Shown: positions 37,093 to 50,630, counted from the first letter of the stretch. The stretch: DNA of 64,000 nt from Takakia lepidozioides (GCA_030704615.1 CM060733.1:54002001-54066000), one strand, 5' to 3'. Numbers and translations are program-made. The notes: generated by a model not told the origin, from the letters alone.

Positions 37093-37100
37093 CCTTGCTG

Positions 37101-37397
37101 GACACTCTTCAGTCTCGCCAACACAAGTTCAAGCTACTCTTGTTCCCAGTCCAGTACTCTAGTCCAGTTTCCAGTATCTAGTCTAGTTTCCAGTATCTGA
37201 TTCTCCAATCAAGTTTCCAGCATTCCAGTATTCGAGTCGAGTTCCAGTAGCTTGTACTCTTGTCCATTGTTATAAAGATCATCTTGATTCATGTTTACCC
37301 ACTATGCATTCGGCCACGCCGACCTTGACTTCTTGTCTAGTCTTGTACCTCTAATCTGATATCTTGTTTGTGATCTATTATGTTCTCGTCTTTGACA
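37101..37397 (+). repeat. 5' LTR (R-U5 part only)
   Basis: Near-identical to 43121-43398; ends ...tttgaca. Confidence 0.9.
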
Positions 37398-37399
37398 GT

Positions 37400-37414
37400 T
37401 TGGCGAGACTAAAG
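37400..37414 (+). promoter_or_regulatory. Self-priming primer-binding site
   Basis: ttggcgagactaaag is the exact reverse complement of LTR sequence ctttagtctcgccaa (43127-43141) and a 14/15 match to 37107-37121. Confidence 0.8.
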
Positions 37415-37435
37415 TTTGTTCCTTAGTTAGTTAAG

Positions 37436-38463
37436 ATGGAAGGCACATTTGCGAAAATGGTCGCCACATTATAGAGTCTTCAGCTCCAGATGCAAAAACG
37501 TCGTACCTCTACCGCCCAATTGCAGATGATCAGTTTCAAGATCTTGGCAACTCTCTCCACAATTTGCAACAACAAATTTCAGAGTTAAATGAGTCGAACA
37601 ATGGATCTTCAACCATACTAGTCCCTACTGCAACAGCTCCTATTGCAACAGTTCATCTTCAACAGATTACGAGAGAACCAAAGATCAGCATGCCCGAGAA
37701 ATTTGATGGGACGAGGTCAAGATTTCGCGGTTTTGTTCAACAAATACGATTGTTCGTACGACTACATCCACAACGCTACCCCGATAAAGATATTCAAGTG
37801 GGATTCGTGGGCACCCTTCAATCAGGCACTGCCCTATCTTGATTTGCACCACTATTAGAAAAAAATTCGCATTTACTATACAATTTTGAAGCATTCATGT
37901 CCGAGTTCACTGCAACTTTTGGGGAGAATGATAGAGAGAGAGTTGCATAAACAAAGATGGGAAATCTTCGACAAGGAGCACGTTCTGCTTCCATTTATGC
38001 TGCCGAATTTTGACAGCTTGCGTGTGACCTCGACTTGAATGAGAAGAGTCTCATTAGTCAGTTTCGATGTGGACTAAAAGATGATGTAAAAGATTTGTTG
38101 CTGACAATGCCAAACGTGAGCACACTGAGTGAATTCATCACCCAAGTCATTGCATGCAATAATCGTTTGTTCGAAAGACGTTAAAGGAAGCGATCTGGAT
38201 GGTCGACGACGCATCATACGACACCAAACACAACAATCCATCAGACATCTAGTAGTGATCCTATGCAGATTGATGCTGTCCGATTCAAGCCATTGACGCC
38301 ACAAGAAAAACAAAGACGGCGCTCGAATGAATTATGCCTCTATTGCGGAAAAGAAGATCACATAGTATTAAACTGCCCCAACAAGAGAAGATTCAAAGCT
38401 CGGGGCACAACTCAATTGTTCGATACGAGGAGGTCGGAAAACGAAGATGTCCAGTCACAGTAG
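37436..38463 (+). pseudogene. Chromovirus gag
   Basis: KISMPEKFDGTRSRFRGF; PMQIDA; LCLYCGKEDHIVLNCP; internal stops. Confidence 0.9.
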
Positions 38464-39366
38464 GGACCATGCGGCTGGACACCACAAATTCCTTATCAAG
38501 AAAGGTCTTTCTGCCTCCAGACCCTGCACTTTGCTTCACAGTTCCGGTAAAAATCAGAGTGCAAAATCGAGATATCTCTGTAGAAGCACTTTTGGACTCA
38601 GGAGTTTCAGCTTGTTTTATGGACAAAAACTTTGCGAAGCAACACAATTCAACGCTCGTAAAGAAAAAACTCTCGGCCCCCGTTAAAGTCATCGATGAAC
38701 GACCGCTAGCATCAGGAAATGTGGACCATGAAACTCAACCTCTTGAAGTGAAGCTTAAAGATCAAGCATCACATATTGTTTTCAATGTCATCCAATCTCC
38801 AACGAATCCTGTGATCCTTGGACTTCCCTGGTTCGTATTTCACAATCCTGACATCGACTGGCGATCGCGAAAAATTTCTGCAAGACAAAAATGTAGAAAT
38901 ATCAAATGTATTCAACCCATGTTCCTTGGAGCTAGAGCTTTCATGAGAGCTACAAAAAAGGAGGCGACATTTGCACTTTATGCGACTCCGATAGACAAAG
39001 GTACTTCAACATTACCCGTTCAATATCAAGATTTCAATGATGTCTTCGAGAAGAAAAATGCAGACATATTGCCAGAACATTGACCTTATGACTGTGCAAT
39101 TGAGTTACAAAAAGGAGCCCAACCACCATTCGGCCCAATCTATAACTTATCCCAGACGGAGTTGGCTACATTACGTAAATACATTGATGAAAATTTGTCG
39201 AAGCACTTCATCCGACATTCAAAATCACCCGCGGGGGCGCCTATCTTGTTTGTGAAAAAGAAGGACGGATCATTACGCATGTGTGTCGACTATCATGGTC
39301 TCAACAAAGTCACAATCAAGAATCGTTATCCGTTGCCACTGATTTCTGGGCTTCTCGACCTCACGA

Positions 39367-39422
<56 letters not shown>

Positions 39423-42030
39423 AGTCTTTCGCCCCTATACCCAAGCTGGGACGAGCAAAGATTTTCACCAAAATTGACTTAAGAGGAGCTTATAATCTTG
39501 TACGGATAAAAGAAAGAGACGAATGGAAAACAACTTTTCAAACAAGGTATGGACATTTTGAATACAGTGTTATGCCTTTCGGTCTTACAAATGTTCCAGC
39601 AATTTTCCAACATATGATGAATGGCATCTTTCGAGAATTTTTAGATAACTTTGTAGTCATCTATTTGGACGACATTTTGATATTTTTACATAATGAAAAA
39701 GAACATGACCGTCATGTACGCCTTGTCCTTGATAAATTAAGAGAAAGATGACTATATGCCAAGTTGGAGAAATGTCTTTTCCATCAATCTGAAGTCGAAT
39801 TTCTGGGCTACATTATTTCTGACAAAGGCGTCTTAATGGATCAGAAGAAAATACAAACCATCATCGAGTGGATTAAACCAACTTCGGTCCGAGATGTACA
39901 ATGTTTTGTGGGCTTTGCAAATTTCTCTAGAATCTTCATTAATGACTACTCCAAAATTGCTGCACCATTGACATGACTCACAAGGAAGGACAAATTTGTA
40001 TGGGACGAGAAGGCTGACCAAACATTTGAAATGCTGAAGTAGGCATTTACAACGGCTCCAATACTGGTACATGCAGACCCATCTAAACCATTCTTCTTGG
40101 AAGCAGATGCATCGGACTTTGCACTTGGCGCTATACTCTCTCAATACGGTACGGATGGTCGACTTCACCCTGTTGGTTTTCGTTTTCGCAAATTTTCCGC
40201 TGCAGAGATCAATTATGAAATCCATGACAAAGAACTTATAGCGATCATCGATGCTTTTGAGGAGTGACGTCATCTACTGGAGGGAGCTAAACATCAGGTC
40301 ACTGTCTACACTGATCACAAAAACCTCGAATATTTTATGAGTGCTCGTGTTTTGAATCGACGTTAAGTGAGATGGAGTATGTCACTAGCAAGGTTTGATT
40401 TTGTTATTACCTACCGTCCCAAACATCTTCAAGGAAAACCATATGCTCTTTCTCGACGATCGTATCTTGCGCCAAAGGAAGGGGATGCAGCTTTTGACCA
40501 ACAAAAATCCATCATCTTGAAACCAGCAAATCCCTAATTGAATATGCTATCCATGTCCACCTATGACGATGCAGAGATCATAAAGGAGATTCAGGAAGCA
40601 TTGAAGAACGACCATTTTGCTATGATACTACGAAGTCAACTAAATCGAACTCGAGACAACCCACATGTTACAAAACGACTTCAAATTCAAAGATGACTTA
40701 CTTTATTTCAAGGGACTTCTCTATGTACCTCCAGGACCTACACGACTTTGAATTCTTCAAACATATCACGATCTTCCGACTGCAGGACATTTCGGCTTCA
40801 ACAAAACAATGGAATTGATATCCAGGGACTATTGGTGGCCGCAGATATGGAAACTCGTGAAAGAATTTATAAAATCTTGCGACACGTGTGCTAGAGCGAA
40901 GGGACCACGACATCGACCTTACGACCTTCTTCAACCATTACCCATTCCCAAGGGTCCATGGTCGTCCGTGTCTATGGACTTTATTACGGACCTTCCAATT
41001 TCCAAGACCACCAATTCAATCCTTGTTATTGTAGATCGTTTTACGAAGATGACATATTTCATTCCATGTAATAAGACGGTTACCGGCGAGGAAACTGCAA
41101 GACTCTTCCTCAATAATATCTACCGCATTCATGGACTCCCGAATGACATCGTATCTGATCGAGGACCACAGTTCATATCAAATTTCAGGAGGAGATTATT
41201 TCACATATTGGATACTACGATCAACCTCTCTACAGCTAATCATCCACAAACTAATGATCAAACCGAACGTGTAAACCAGATTTTGGAGCAGTATCTTCGC
41301 TGTACGATAAATTATCACGAAAATAATTGGACGGATCTTTTGTCATTGGCTGAGTTTGCCTACAACAACACTATACATTCTTCGACCAAACAAACTCCAT
41401 TTTCTCTAATTATGGTCATCATCCTCGAGCAAACCCTTTCCACATGAAGACTGTTGGAAGCCCTGCTGTAGAAAACCTTGCTACTCCTCTTGCTACGATT
41501 CACAAGAAGCTTACATTCCACCTCGCAGAAGCTCAAAAACAATACAAGGAGTATGCAGATCAACGTCGCCAACTCCAACCCCAGTTCAAGGTCGGAGATC
41601 GTGTGTGGCTTCTTCGATGGGACATACAAACCTCGCGACCATCAAGGAAGTTGGATTATCAACGTTTGGGACCATTTAAAATTATTCGACAAATAAATCC
41701 GGTCAGTTTTCGGCTTGAACTCCCACAAAATATGCGCATCCATCCAGTCTTTCATGTTTCATTATTGGAGTTGTATCATCCATAGAATATTCCAGGGAGA
41801 GCCTCTGTACCACCTCCACCAATCGAAGTCAATCAGGAAATTGAGTATGAAGTCGACGAAATCCTAGACTCTCGCATCAAGTATAAACGTCTTGAGTATT
41901 TCGTACATTGGAAAGGCTACAACATCAGCGAACGAACGTGAGAACCTTCATGCAACCTTGCCAATGCACCTGACAAAGTGCAAGAGTTTCATCAACGATA
42001 CCCAACTAAGCCCCGAGCTACACGTCAATA
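38436..42030 (+). pseudogene. Chromovirus pol (PR, RT, RH, IN, chromodomain), disrupted
   Basis: ALLDSG; LRMCVDY; YLDDIL; EADASDFA; SVSMDFITDLP; SDRGPQF; IHPVFHVSLL; EYEVDEILDSR...YFVHWKGY...T*EP. Confidence 0.93.
39361..39445 (-). rRNA. 85-bp fragment of nuclear LSU (25S/28S) rRNA inserted in the RT (not a functional gene)
   Basis: ccagctatcctgagggaaacttcggagggaaccagctactagatggttcgattagtctttcgcccctatacccaag is the antisense of a conserved LSU segment and contains the LR5 primer sequence tcctgagggaaacttcg. Confidence 0.93.
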
Positions 42031-42645
42031 AGACGTCACAACGATGATGTCAGCCAAGTTAGCTTCAAGGTGAAGATTCCACATTCAATGTACCTGATAC
42101 ATGCTAAAGAGAGAGGAGCACCACACATCAGTATATATAGCTACACTTCCAAACACTTTCAGCACTCTTAAATCTTGTATTGGCAGCATGGAGTCACATG
42201 AACTAGATACATTGGAGTTGTCGCTTATCCAACTACCAGATCAGTTGTTTCGACTCTCACGACCTTCAACATCACGCCGACGCTCTTGAGACGATGGGCC
42301 ACCAATGCGACGCTTACTTTATCGTCTGGACCCCGTACGACGGTAAGTGGAGCCTACTCGAAGTCTGATAATTCTGTTGGAGGTTGAGGCTTCGGACCCA
42401 GAGGGCAACGAAATCATGTTTGAAGGCAGTTTCGAAAATCAGAATGCTCAAATTACTGCGTGGTCCCAAGTTCAAGGTGTTGGACACTATCGATGGTTGT
42501 AGGGACCTATAAATTATTTGAGTCAAGAACGAAGAGCCGAATACTTGGCAAGTACCATTCGCCAGATTCTGGATTTTCTCCAACTCTAAGCAAGTCCAAG
42601 ATTTTACCGCTCCTCGAGGAACTCAGCGCTAAAGGAGGGAGGTGA

Positions 42646-43398
42646 TATCATAGACATAGCCTAGAGGAATTTACTAGGAGTAAATACCAGAAGTTATCAA
42701 GTTACCGTGTTACTGGAAGTTACCACGACTTACCATGACTTACCATGATCTACCATGATTTACCATTAGTTACAAAGTTATCGGGAATTTACCAAATTAT
42801 CAAGAGTAACTTGGGAAACTGCTCAGGAATCTTCCTTTGGAAGAAACTTCTCCATCAAGATACCTCATTTGTTTAAGGAAGCTTCTCCATCAAGAAACCT
42901 TTGTTTAATCTTGGAAACTTCTCCATCAATAAACCTCTACGTCCAGTATAGCTGATCCGTTGCTTAGCATTTTTTTTTTTCAGCGACAAGAGTTATTTTC
43001 CGGAAGCCTTATTTATATGGTTTCCGGATTGACGTCACGATGTCCCGTGCCATAGGTCCCAGTAGAGGAAGCTTCTTAAGGAAGCTTCTTAGTAACCAGT
43101 ATATATAGGAGGCGAGACTTGATACTCTTTAGTCTCGCCAACACAAGTTCAAGCTACTCTTGTTTCCAGTCCAGTACCCCAGTCTAGCTTCCAGTATCTG
43201 ATACTCCAGTCAAGTTTCCAGCATTCCAGTATTTGAGTCGAGTTCCAGTATCTTGTAGTCTTGTCCATTGTATAAAAGATCATCTTGATTCATGTTTACC
43301 CACTATGCATTTGGCCACGCCGACCTTGACTTCTTGTCTAGTCTTGTACCTCTAGTCTGATATCTTGTTTGTGATCTATTATGTTCTCGTCCTTGACA
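42646..43398 (+). repeat. 3' LTR (~750 bp) with internal ttaccatgac repeats and a TATA box at ~43100
   Basis: Follows the PPT; termini tatcatagac...gtccttgaca (degenerate TG...CA inverted ends); its 3' part matches the 5' LTR. Confidence 0.88.
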
Positions 43399-44543
43399 GA
43401 AAATGCGTTGTGCTTGGGTGTATGAGAGGAAAGCCCTCAGTGACAGATCTTTGCTGTTTTGTACATACCAAGACCTGCTAACTGAGGGAATGAAGACTTT
43501 TGAAATTGTGTGTGCAGCTCTTCCCAGAACTTTAGAACAGCGGGGGAGGCAGCTGCTTCAAGCTTTCAAACACACCTGGGGCAAAAATAACTTGCTCGAC
43601 ACCAGTGTTACCGACACAAACTTTACCTGGAATGTCGCCATCCCCTCACCATGGGAAGTCCCCTGATGAAGGGGATGACATCGAATTCAACTGACACCAC
43701 AAGAAGCTAAGAAACAACAAATCAAAGACTTAGCTCAAATTCTGATTCCTATCCGCTATTCCACGATCTCTAGGGGACACAATGTGTCATCGATAAATCA
43801 ATCTGGCAGTAACAACCATGCACCTTCTGGACGTGGCGGCTTTAAGGCTTGATTACTCCCCGGAGGGCCTGTGCCGGCTTCAGTTCCAGCCTCTCCTCCA
43901 GCTCACCTCTCTATAGAGCGCTCCTTTACATCTCTATAGAGTGCTCCTTCACATAGCTCTTCTCTCTCTACTTCTATTCCGTTGTCAGTTTTTCTCAAAC
44001 GGCCTGCAGACCTTCTAATGTTTTCCTAGGCAGTCCAGATGCTTAATAGTCTCCCTTCACCATTTTTTCTTCATTCTCTCCCTCTGTTTCTCTTCTTGCA
44101 TCCCCTGCTCCATTACTTGCTCAGTAGTTTGTTTGCTAAGGTTCCGGGGTGGTTTCCCCTCAGTAAGCCTTCACGGCCTCCCTAGTGGTTATTTTTTCAC
44201 TTCTGTGTACTTTTCTTTATTAATTTGATTAAATGGGCCATTCCAAAAAGAAGAAGAAAAGAATTTAGAATATAGAAAACAGAATTAAGACATGTATTGA
44301 ATCTAAAAGAGATACATGGCCTTCTAAGGTTTTTTTTTCCTTACCCTCTTTCAATAAAATTAAAAAGGGCAGGCTACAATCTCCCTTTTCGTTAAAAAAA
44401 AAGAAAAAAGAAAAAGAAAAAAAATGAACATCGACAGAGTGGATGAATGAGACCGTGTCGTCTTCCCCAAACCCTTGGCCCTAGAACCCTGAATCCGAAG
44501 GGGGCATGAGGAGGTGCTGTGCGATCTGCGGAGCGCGGAGCTC

Positions 44544-47500
44544 ATGGAACCGCCATGGCCTCCTCCCCCCGTGTTACCCCTTGACAAGTACCGGGGCCGT
44601 CTGTCTCATCGATGCCCTACCCTGCCGCTCTCTGTACTCGTCTCGTCGGCCCTCTGTCGTCCTTCCCAATTCGACTCACACATGGTTGAATCTGTCTCGT
44701 GTGCTTCCTCAGCCGTGGTCTTGAGTTGCAATCCTGCTTCTTCTGGTGTTGCGCGTCTCCCAATAACTAACTCTTCACTTGATCCATTGAACCATCAGGA
44801 TCCTTGTAATTTGAATCCTGTGTCGCCTAGTCTATCCGGTAAAGATGTTTCGTCATCTGCTACTACCGACTTCTCACAGCCTGCGTCAGCCTGTTTAGAT
44901 GCTTGCGCCACTCTTGCCCCTTATTCTGATAATGTCGGGGCAGTGTCGTCTGGCAATGTAATTGCAAATTATGCTTCGGACCCTAGTCTTGCCAAGTCTC
45001 TTTCTCAACTTCCTGAGCATCTTGCTTCCTTCTTCGCTGACCTCCCCCCTCATCTTGTTCCAACTTTGACTAGTGTATCCTCCGAGCTTGCTTCCGCGTC
45101 ATGTAATACTACTGCAAGTTCATCCTCCTTTTCTTTGCCCAGTTCTGAGCCCCCTGTATCTTCATCCTCGTTAATGGACGCAGATATTGTCATAGAGAAT
45201 TCGAGCAACTCTGACGAGCACCTAGCCTCAAGTAGTTCACCAGCATCGTGTAACATAGCTGGTGGCATGTGCCCACAGTCTCCTTGCTCCATGTCTCTTT
45301 TTCAAGCGCAGGGGGAGGTGCCTTGTCTTGGACCTTCCACTACTTCTGATTTGACTGTAGCAATTGGTTCCAATTTAGTTGAAAATGAATGTATTTCTCC
45401 AGTCCCTACATCTGATACTCCAGCTGCTCAGGAAGTCATCGTGCCTCAGCTGAATCCTTCTCCGACGATGATAGTTGGTTATTCACCTCAACATCCAGGT
45501 CAGCGTTTTTTTTTGTTTTTTCAAAATGGTCCTTTGATGTGCATTAGAACGCTTCAGTAGACATCGTGCCTTGTTGTTAGTCCACTTGCTGCGAACAATT
45601 AATGAGGTATTTGAAGGTTGCTTTTACTGCACTTGTATCTGAAAACGCTGAAGGTCTGGAGCTGGAACAATTTCGGAATAATGATGAAACTTCTGATGCT
45701 GATGGTAGCAATTGTCTCAACTCAGAAGTTACTGGAGTGCTTGGATCTGCAATTGCGGCAGGGAAGAGCATTGACTCATCAGTATATGAGGGAAAAACAA
45801 TATGCGAGCCCGCTCACAATTCCCCTGAACATCAAACTGGAAATTCTGAAGATTTGGAGCTTGAAGATGGCCAAATCCCCGGACAGTGGACTAGCGATGA
45901 AGCTTTTGATGCTGATGGTGCCAAGAAAGTTTCTGAAAATTATGCGGTTGAGTCGGCCATGGGTGTTCTGAGACAAGAAGAAACACCAGTAGTTTCTCAG
46001 ACCATGGATGTAGCTGGTGATCAGCTGACCATGGGTGTCCATAGGTCCTTGGGCCATATTGATGCAAAGCTTAACAAAAATAAGAGGCGCCAGAAGGGGA
46101 AGGGGGCCATCCAAAGGGCTAGGAAGAAATCGAGGATGCAGAAAGGGGACAGGGATTCCAGGGATGTTGCTCTTAAGGCTGGTGAGGAAAGAAGGCAACT
46201 AGGTGAGTTTCACATTATTATTCTGGCAGTGACAGTCTACTGTACCTGGGTGTGGGAATAAACAGAGCATTGAATGCACCTCGCTCTTGCTCATGGTTTC
46301 TGGCATGCCATGATGTCCATGGATTACTGGGATCATGTATCTTAGTCTTATGTTTCCAAAAGTTTGCTCAAGAGGAAAGCATGTGTGCGTATCTAGGCTG
46401 TTGCAGTGCTGGCATCGGAGGAAGTTTCATATCAGTCACAGTGGTGCTTCATGTGTGGATTTCAAGTCCTGTCCTTTGTCGGACTTCTTTCAATTATCCA
46501 TTGTTGATCAATGTTAAGGCAGATGCTGCTGTGGCTACTAGCTTATACGCCCCTTGATGGGAAAACACTTCAATGGTCTGCAGGAGACTTTGCTGGAGCT
46601 GATGAGAGCTCTGCTAAGAAGGTTGGTCAAATTGGTGACAAATCAGGCCATAAGAAGTTGGCTCTGAACAAGGAAGAGGTTAGCTTCTGTACACACAGGG
46701 TGTAGTGGTTTGGTTATGTATCATAATAAATAGCTGCTAAGTGCTTCATGGCGACAATGTGGCTTGTGTCAGTGCTTGCTGACATTATGTGCCTTGTTAA
46801 CTCTGTTGAACAGCCTTAGGATCGGAGCATACTTTTTCATAGTGGTCTAAGTAGGAATTTGGCCAGTCAACTTCATGGTCTTGTTCATTCACCCTGAATT
46901 CCAAGGAGTTTGTGTGTGCTGATGGGATGGATGTTTGCCACACCTCTTGCAGGCGACCAAGGGAACGTTGTCCTGGCTTCTTGAAGAGGAAGTTGGCTTA
47001 TGGACCACTGATGCTGGTGATGAGCAAATCACAAGTTCACAGGTGGGTCCTATTCCTTTCACTTCTCTAATTTTAGCGGGTTCCTCCTCTCAGTACGATC
47101 GAGTAACAGTCATCCAGAAGGCCTTTTCAATCTCAAATGCTCCATACCTGGAATCAAACATATGGAGGTCACTGGGCTATATCTGAGGAACATTTGAATC
47201 CCATGATTGTGTTTTGCCCTTTGCTGAACAGGAAAGTGATGTGGATAGCATGCTTAAATTTAATCCCATCTATGTGCATTGGATCCGTTGAGCTGAAGCT
47301 TGACAGATCTGATTCTAGTATGTAAGGTCACCTTCAGACTCGGGAAAAGGTGGGTTGTAGGCGTGGAATGTTCATAAGCAATTCCTATGGAAGGAAATTT
47401 TGACAGAGGCTATAGTTAACAGGTTTATCTTGTCTTATGCAGTTGGATATAGAAGGTGGTGAGAAGAAGATACGTGGCCCAATGACGGCTGCAAGGAAAG

Positions 47501-50500
47501 TGAGGAAAAAGGTTATCTCTCTCTCTCTCTCTCTAAACCCCAAGTGCAATTATGCAGGGCACAAGTGGTCAGATGGATGACCCGCATAGGCGAAGCTTTT
47601 ATGCAGGTGCTAGTATATTTTCGCCAGTTGTAAATGAGCATTAAACAATCTGAGTGTTCTATGCTGACTGAGGGCACGTGGGAAGATTGCATACAGGAAA
47701 AAACGAGCAGAAAAAGAACGTGAGCAGGGCATTATTCGCAATCACATGCCCATCTCTTCCAAACCTCAATCCGTCCCTTGTAAATATTATATGAAAGGGC
47801 GGTGTACCCAGGTATCTCACATGCTTTCTCTCCCTCTTTGTAGAAGTCATTTGAAGTGTTTCCTCGGGGTGTCGTCTGGTAAAGGGATGGGAGGGATGAA
47901 CCTTCACCTTCTCTAGTCTAGAGCTACAGAGAGGTTCATATATCAGAGCATGCTGCATGCAGCCCCACATTGATTTGTGATACACGTACGGGATGATCAG
48001 AGCCTTTCAAATTGTGTTAGGGATCTGGTTTTCCTATTTAGTGGTACATGTAAACCCTTCATGGAGTATATACATACATACATCTGAATTTTGGCTGGAA
48101 GAGGCACGGGGATCACAGGCAGTTACTCTACTTCTGTCTGAAAGGATATCTACCAAGTGGATGTCAATTCTACCTCCAACGTGCCAAGTGATTACCCATC
48201 TCTTGGTGTTTTACTTTCATTTTACTTTTATATCAGTAAGCTCTTCGTATGCATACATGAGCGTATGCATTGATGCACCTTATGGTGAGATTAATGTTCC
48301 ATTTATCTGTAAGCTGTTAACTGTTGACTCCATTCGTCTTTAATGTGTAGGGCGAAAACTGCACATTCTCACATGATGGGATCCCAATAACCAAATCAGA
48401 TGTAAGTGTTTCTTCACCTCAATGTCAGATGTTGTATGCGAGAAAAACCTCAACATCAAATGATTGTATGTGTGAAAAGGAACTCACCATCAAAATTATG
48501 TTATGCCTGAGAAGTCGGGATGGAGAAGGGTAGAAAGAGGTGCAGGGGTGAAAGAGTCAATTTTTAGCAATCTAGCAAATTAACTGGATCAGTGGGATAC
48601 TAAGGATGGAGGGTTCCTTCCAATAGCTAAATGCTGGAACCAACAAAAGGAAAATGCAATTGATGAATGAAGGCACTCAGTGAAGTTTTTCTGATTGGTT
48701 TGTGTTGCGTGTGGAACAGCCTTGTAAGTTCTTAATGATCAATCGCTGCCTGAAGGGGGACGACTGCCCCTTCTCTCACTCTCTTGAGAGGTTTCCCTGC
48801 AAATTCTTTCACACAAGAGGCCACTGTTTGGATGGCTCCCGCTGTCGCTTTTCACATCAGGTACATGATATTTCAGTTTCACGCCTCTTGGTACCTCTGG
48901 CTTGCTTTCCTCTCAAATTCTTGTTGTTTGAGAAATGAGAGGGGATTGGACTGTTGTTCTTATGCACACAAAGGTGAGTGGGGGTATTTATCTGGCTGGC
49001 TTCTAAATTCTTATGCTGGAGACCACATAACCATCTTGAACAGAGCATTAGTACAGGAACAAAGCAACGGAAGTAGGAAGGGACAAAGCTGGTTAGGGGT
49101 GGAATCTGTGATATTTGTTCGACTATTTGGCATGGGGTGACTGGCAGACATGCGTCGTCGTTTGGTGGTCAAACTAGTTTCCCTTCATTGGAGAGGTGTA
49201 ACACGAGGTCTCTGACCAATTCTGGGCCAAGGACAGAAAGGAGTGACTAACTGTAGTTACAAGAGTGCTGTCAGGATGGATGTGAATGGATTCAGGAAGT
49301 ACACGTGATAATACTGAGTCTCTTGTCTTGGTGCCTCTTTCAGCCATTAACGGAGGAGGACCATGCAATGCTTGCAAAACGCATTGAGCAGGATAGCAAG
49401 GAACGTCAAAGTACCAAGGAGACGCCTCCCGCAGATGGAAAGACGGCCATGGTCGCAGCAGATGTTTCCCCTCAACAAGCAGATATCTCACCCCAGCAAG
49501 CATATTCCCCAGAGTATTCCCCAAACTGGAATACACCCCCTGGAGAAGATTATTTGGGCTGGGGCGCGTCTCCAAAGGGAAACAGTTATCTGCAAAGCCC
49601 GCTGGACTATCTTAGGCATTCCACCTCTATAGCCAACATACTGTTCCCAGAAACCCTGCAATCAGAGCCTCTCTCCAGAACGCCTGATCTATCTACAGAA
49701 GATGGAGCCTCTCATCTGAAGAGCCCAAGTGGGGAAGTAGAAATGTGTAACCCAGTACTACTAGCAGCAAGGAAAGTGGCTTCAGCAGCAACTGCGAAGG
49801 CAGCGGCTGGGACAAGTGCCAACAAGCTATTGGGCACATCTACCAGGGGGCTTCATCAGTCAACCCTTCCATTGTTGCGTGGCAACTCATTTGGCAATTT
49901 TAGTTGTCGTGTAGGCCAAGGGGGTGCAACCAGTGCCATGGAGCTATTGCAGGCCTCACTTGGGGATGAAGCAGTCCTTGGGTCGTCGGCGATTGGAGCA
50001 GTCACAACTGGGGCCTGCCGTGTTGATGCTACAATCAGCAGTGTGGGGAAGGAGGAGGAAGTAGAGGAAATGGAGGTGCCTATCGTACCTCAAAACATTA
50101 GTGTTGTATGCCCACAAGAAGTTATTAGCAAGCAACCGAGTGCCATCACTGAAGTGCTGTCCAACGTTTCCATTGGAGGAGGGGCTATAGTAGGGGTAAA
50201 CCTTGAAGGTACTGAGACTGCAGATGTCAGGTCATTTATACACAAGCCACAACCCAATATGACAGAAGTTAATGAGGTCAGTTCTAGTCATACAGCTCTT
50301 GAACGAATGCAGAAAGAGGTCGAGGAAAAGGAGAATGCACCGATGGCTCCATCATCTACAACAGACGTAAGACCTTCTGAGTCCTTTACAGAGTGCTGTG
50401 TTGGTACCTCAAGGGAGACGGGTGTAGTTACCAAAGAAGTCAGCTGCTGCACGCATGTTACAGAGCAGGCCAAGGTGGATGCTATGACACCAAAGGCGGA

Positions 50501-50630
50501 GGTAACTGGCATTAAGGTTGATATGTGCCCAAGAGACCTGCAGGAGTCCACAGCAACTGGGAAAGTAATGGCTGTTTACACAAGAAGGAAAAGACTTGAT
50601 AGTTTGTTGAATAAAGCCCTGACAGAATAA
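44544..50630 (+). CDS. Multi-exon CCCH zinc-finger protein (three C3H fingers; C3H65/EMB1789- and ZC3H4/6/8-like) with long low-complexity termini
   Basis: Exons encode PCKYYMKGRCTQ|GENCTFSHDGIPITKSD|PCKFLMINRCLKGDDCPFSHSLERFPCKFFHTRGHCLDGSRCRFSHQ (~47780-47811, 48351-48401, 48720-48860); last exon 49344-50630. The 5' exon structure and start are approximate. Confidence 0.85.

Larger units (their letters stand above)
26180..37100 (-). mobile_element. Non-chromovirus Ty3/gypsy LTR retrotransposon (Phygy/Athila-Tat-like), 5' end missing, degraded
   Basis: Order gag, PR, RT, RH, IN on the minus strand, an extra 3' ORF region, and a polypurine tract at ~27161-27174. The putative 3' LTR (~26180-27160) has uncertain boundaries. 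Confidence 0.85.
37101..43398 (+). mobile_element. Tcn1-like chromovirus (Ty3/gypsy) LTR retrotransposon, degraded
   Basis: Partial 5' LTR, PBS, gag, -1 frameshifted pol with C-terminal chromodomain, PPT aaaggagggaggtga (42631-42645) and 3' LTR. Confidence 0.92.

Noticed and set aside
39361-39445. rDNA locus
   Set aside because: Only 85 bp, embedded in RT coding sequence.
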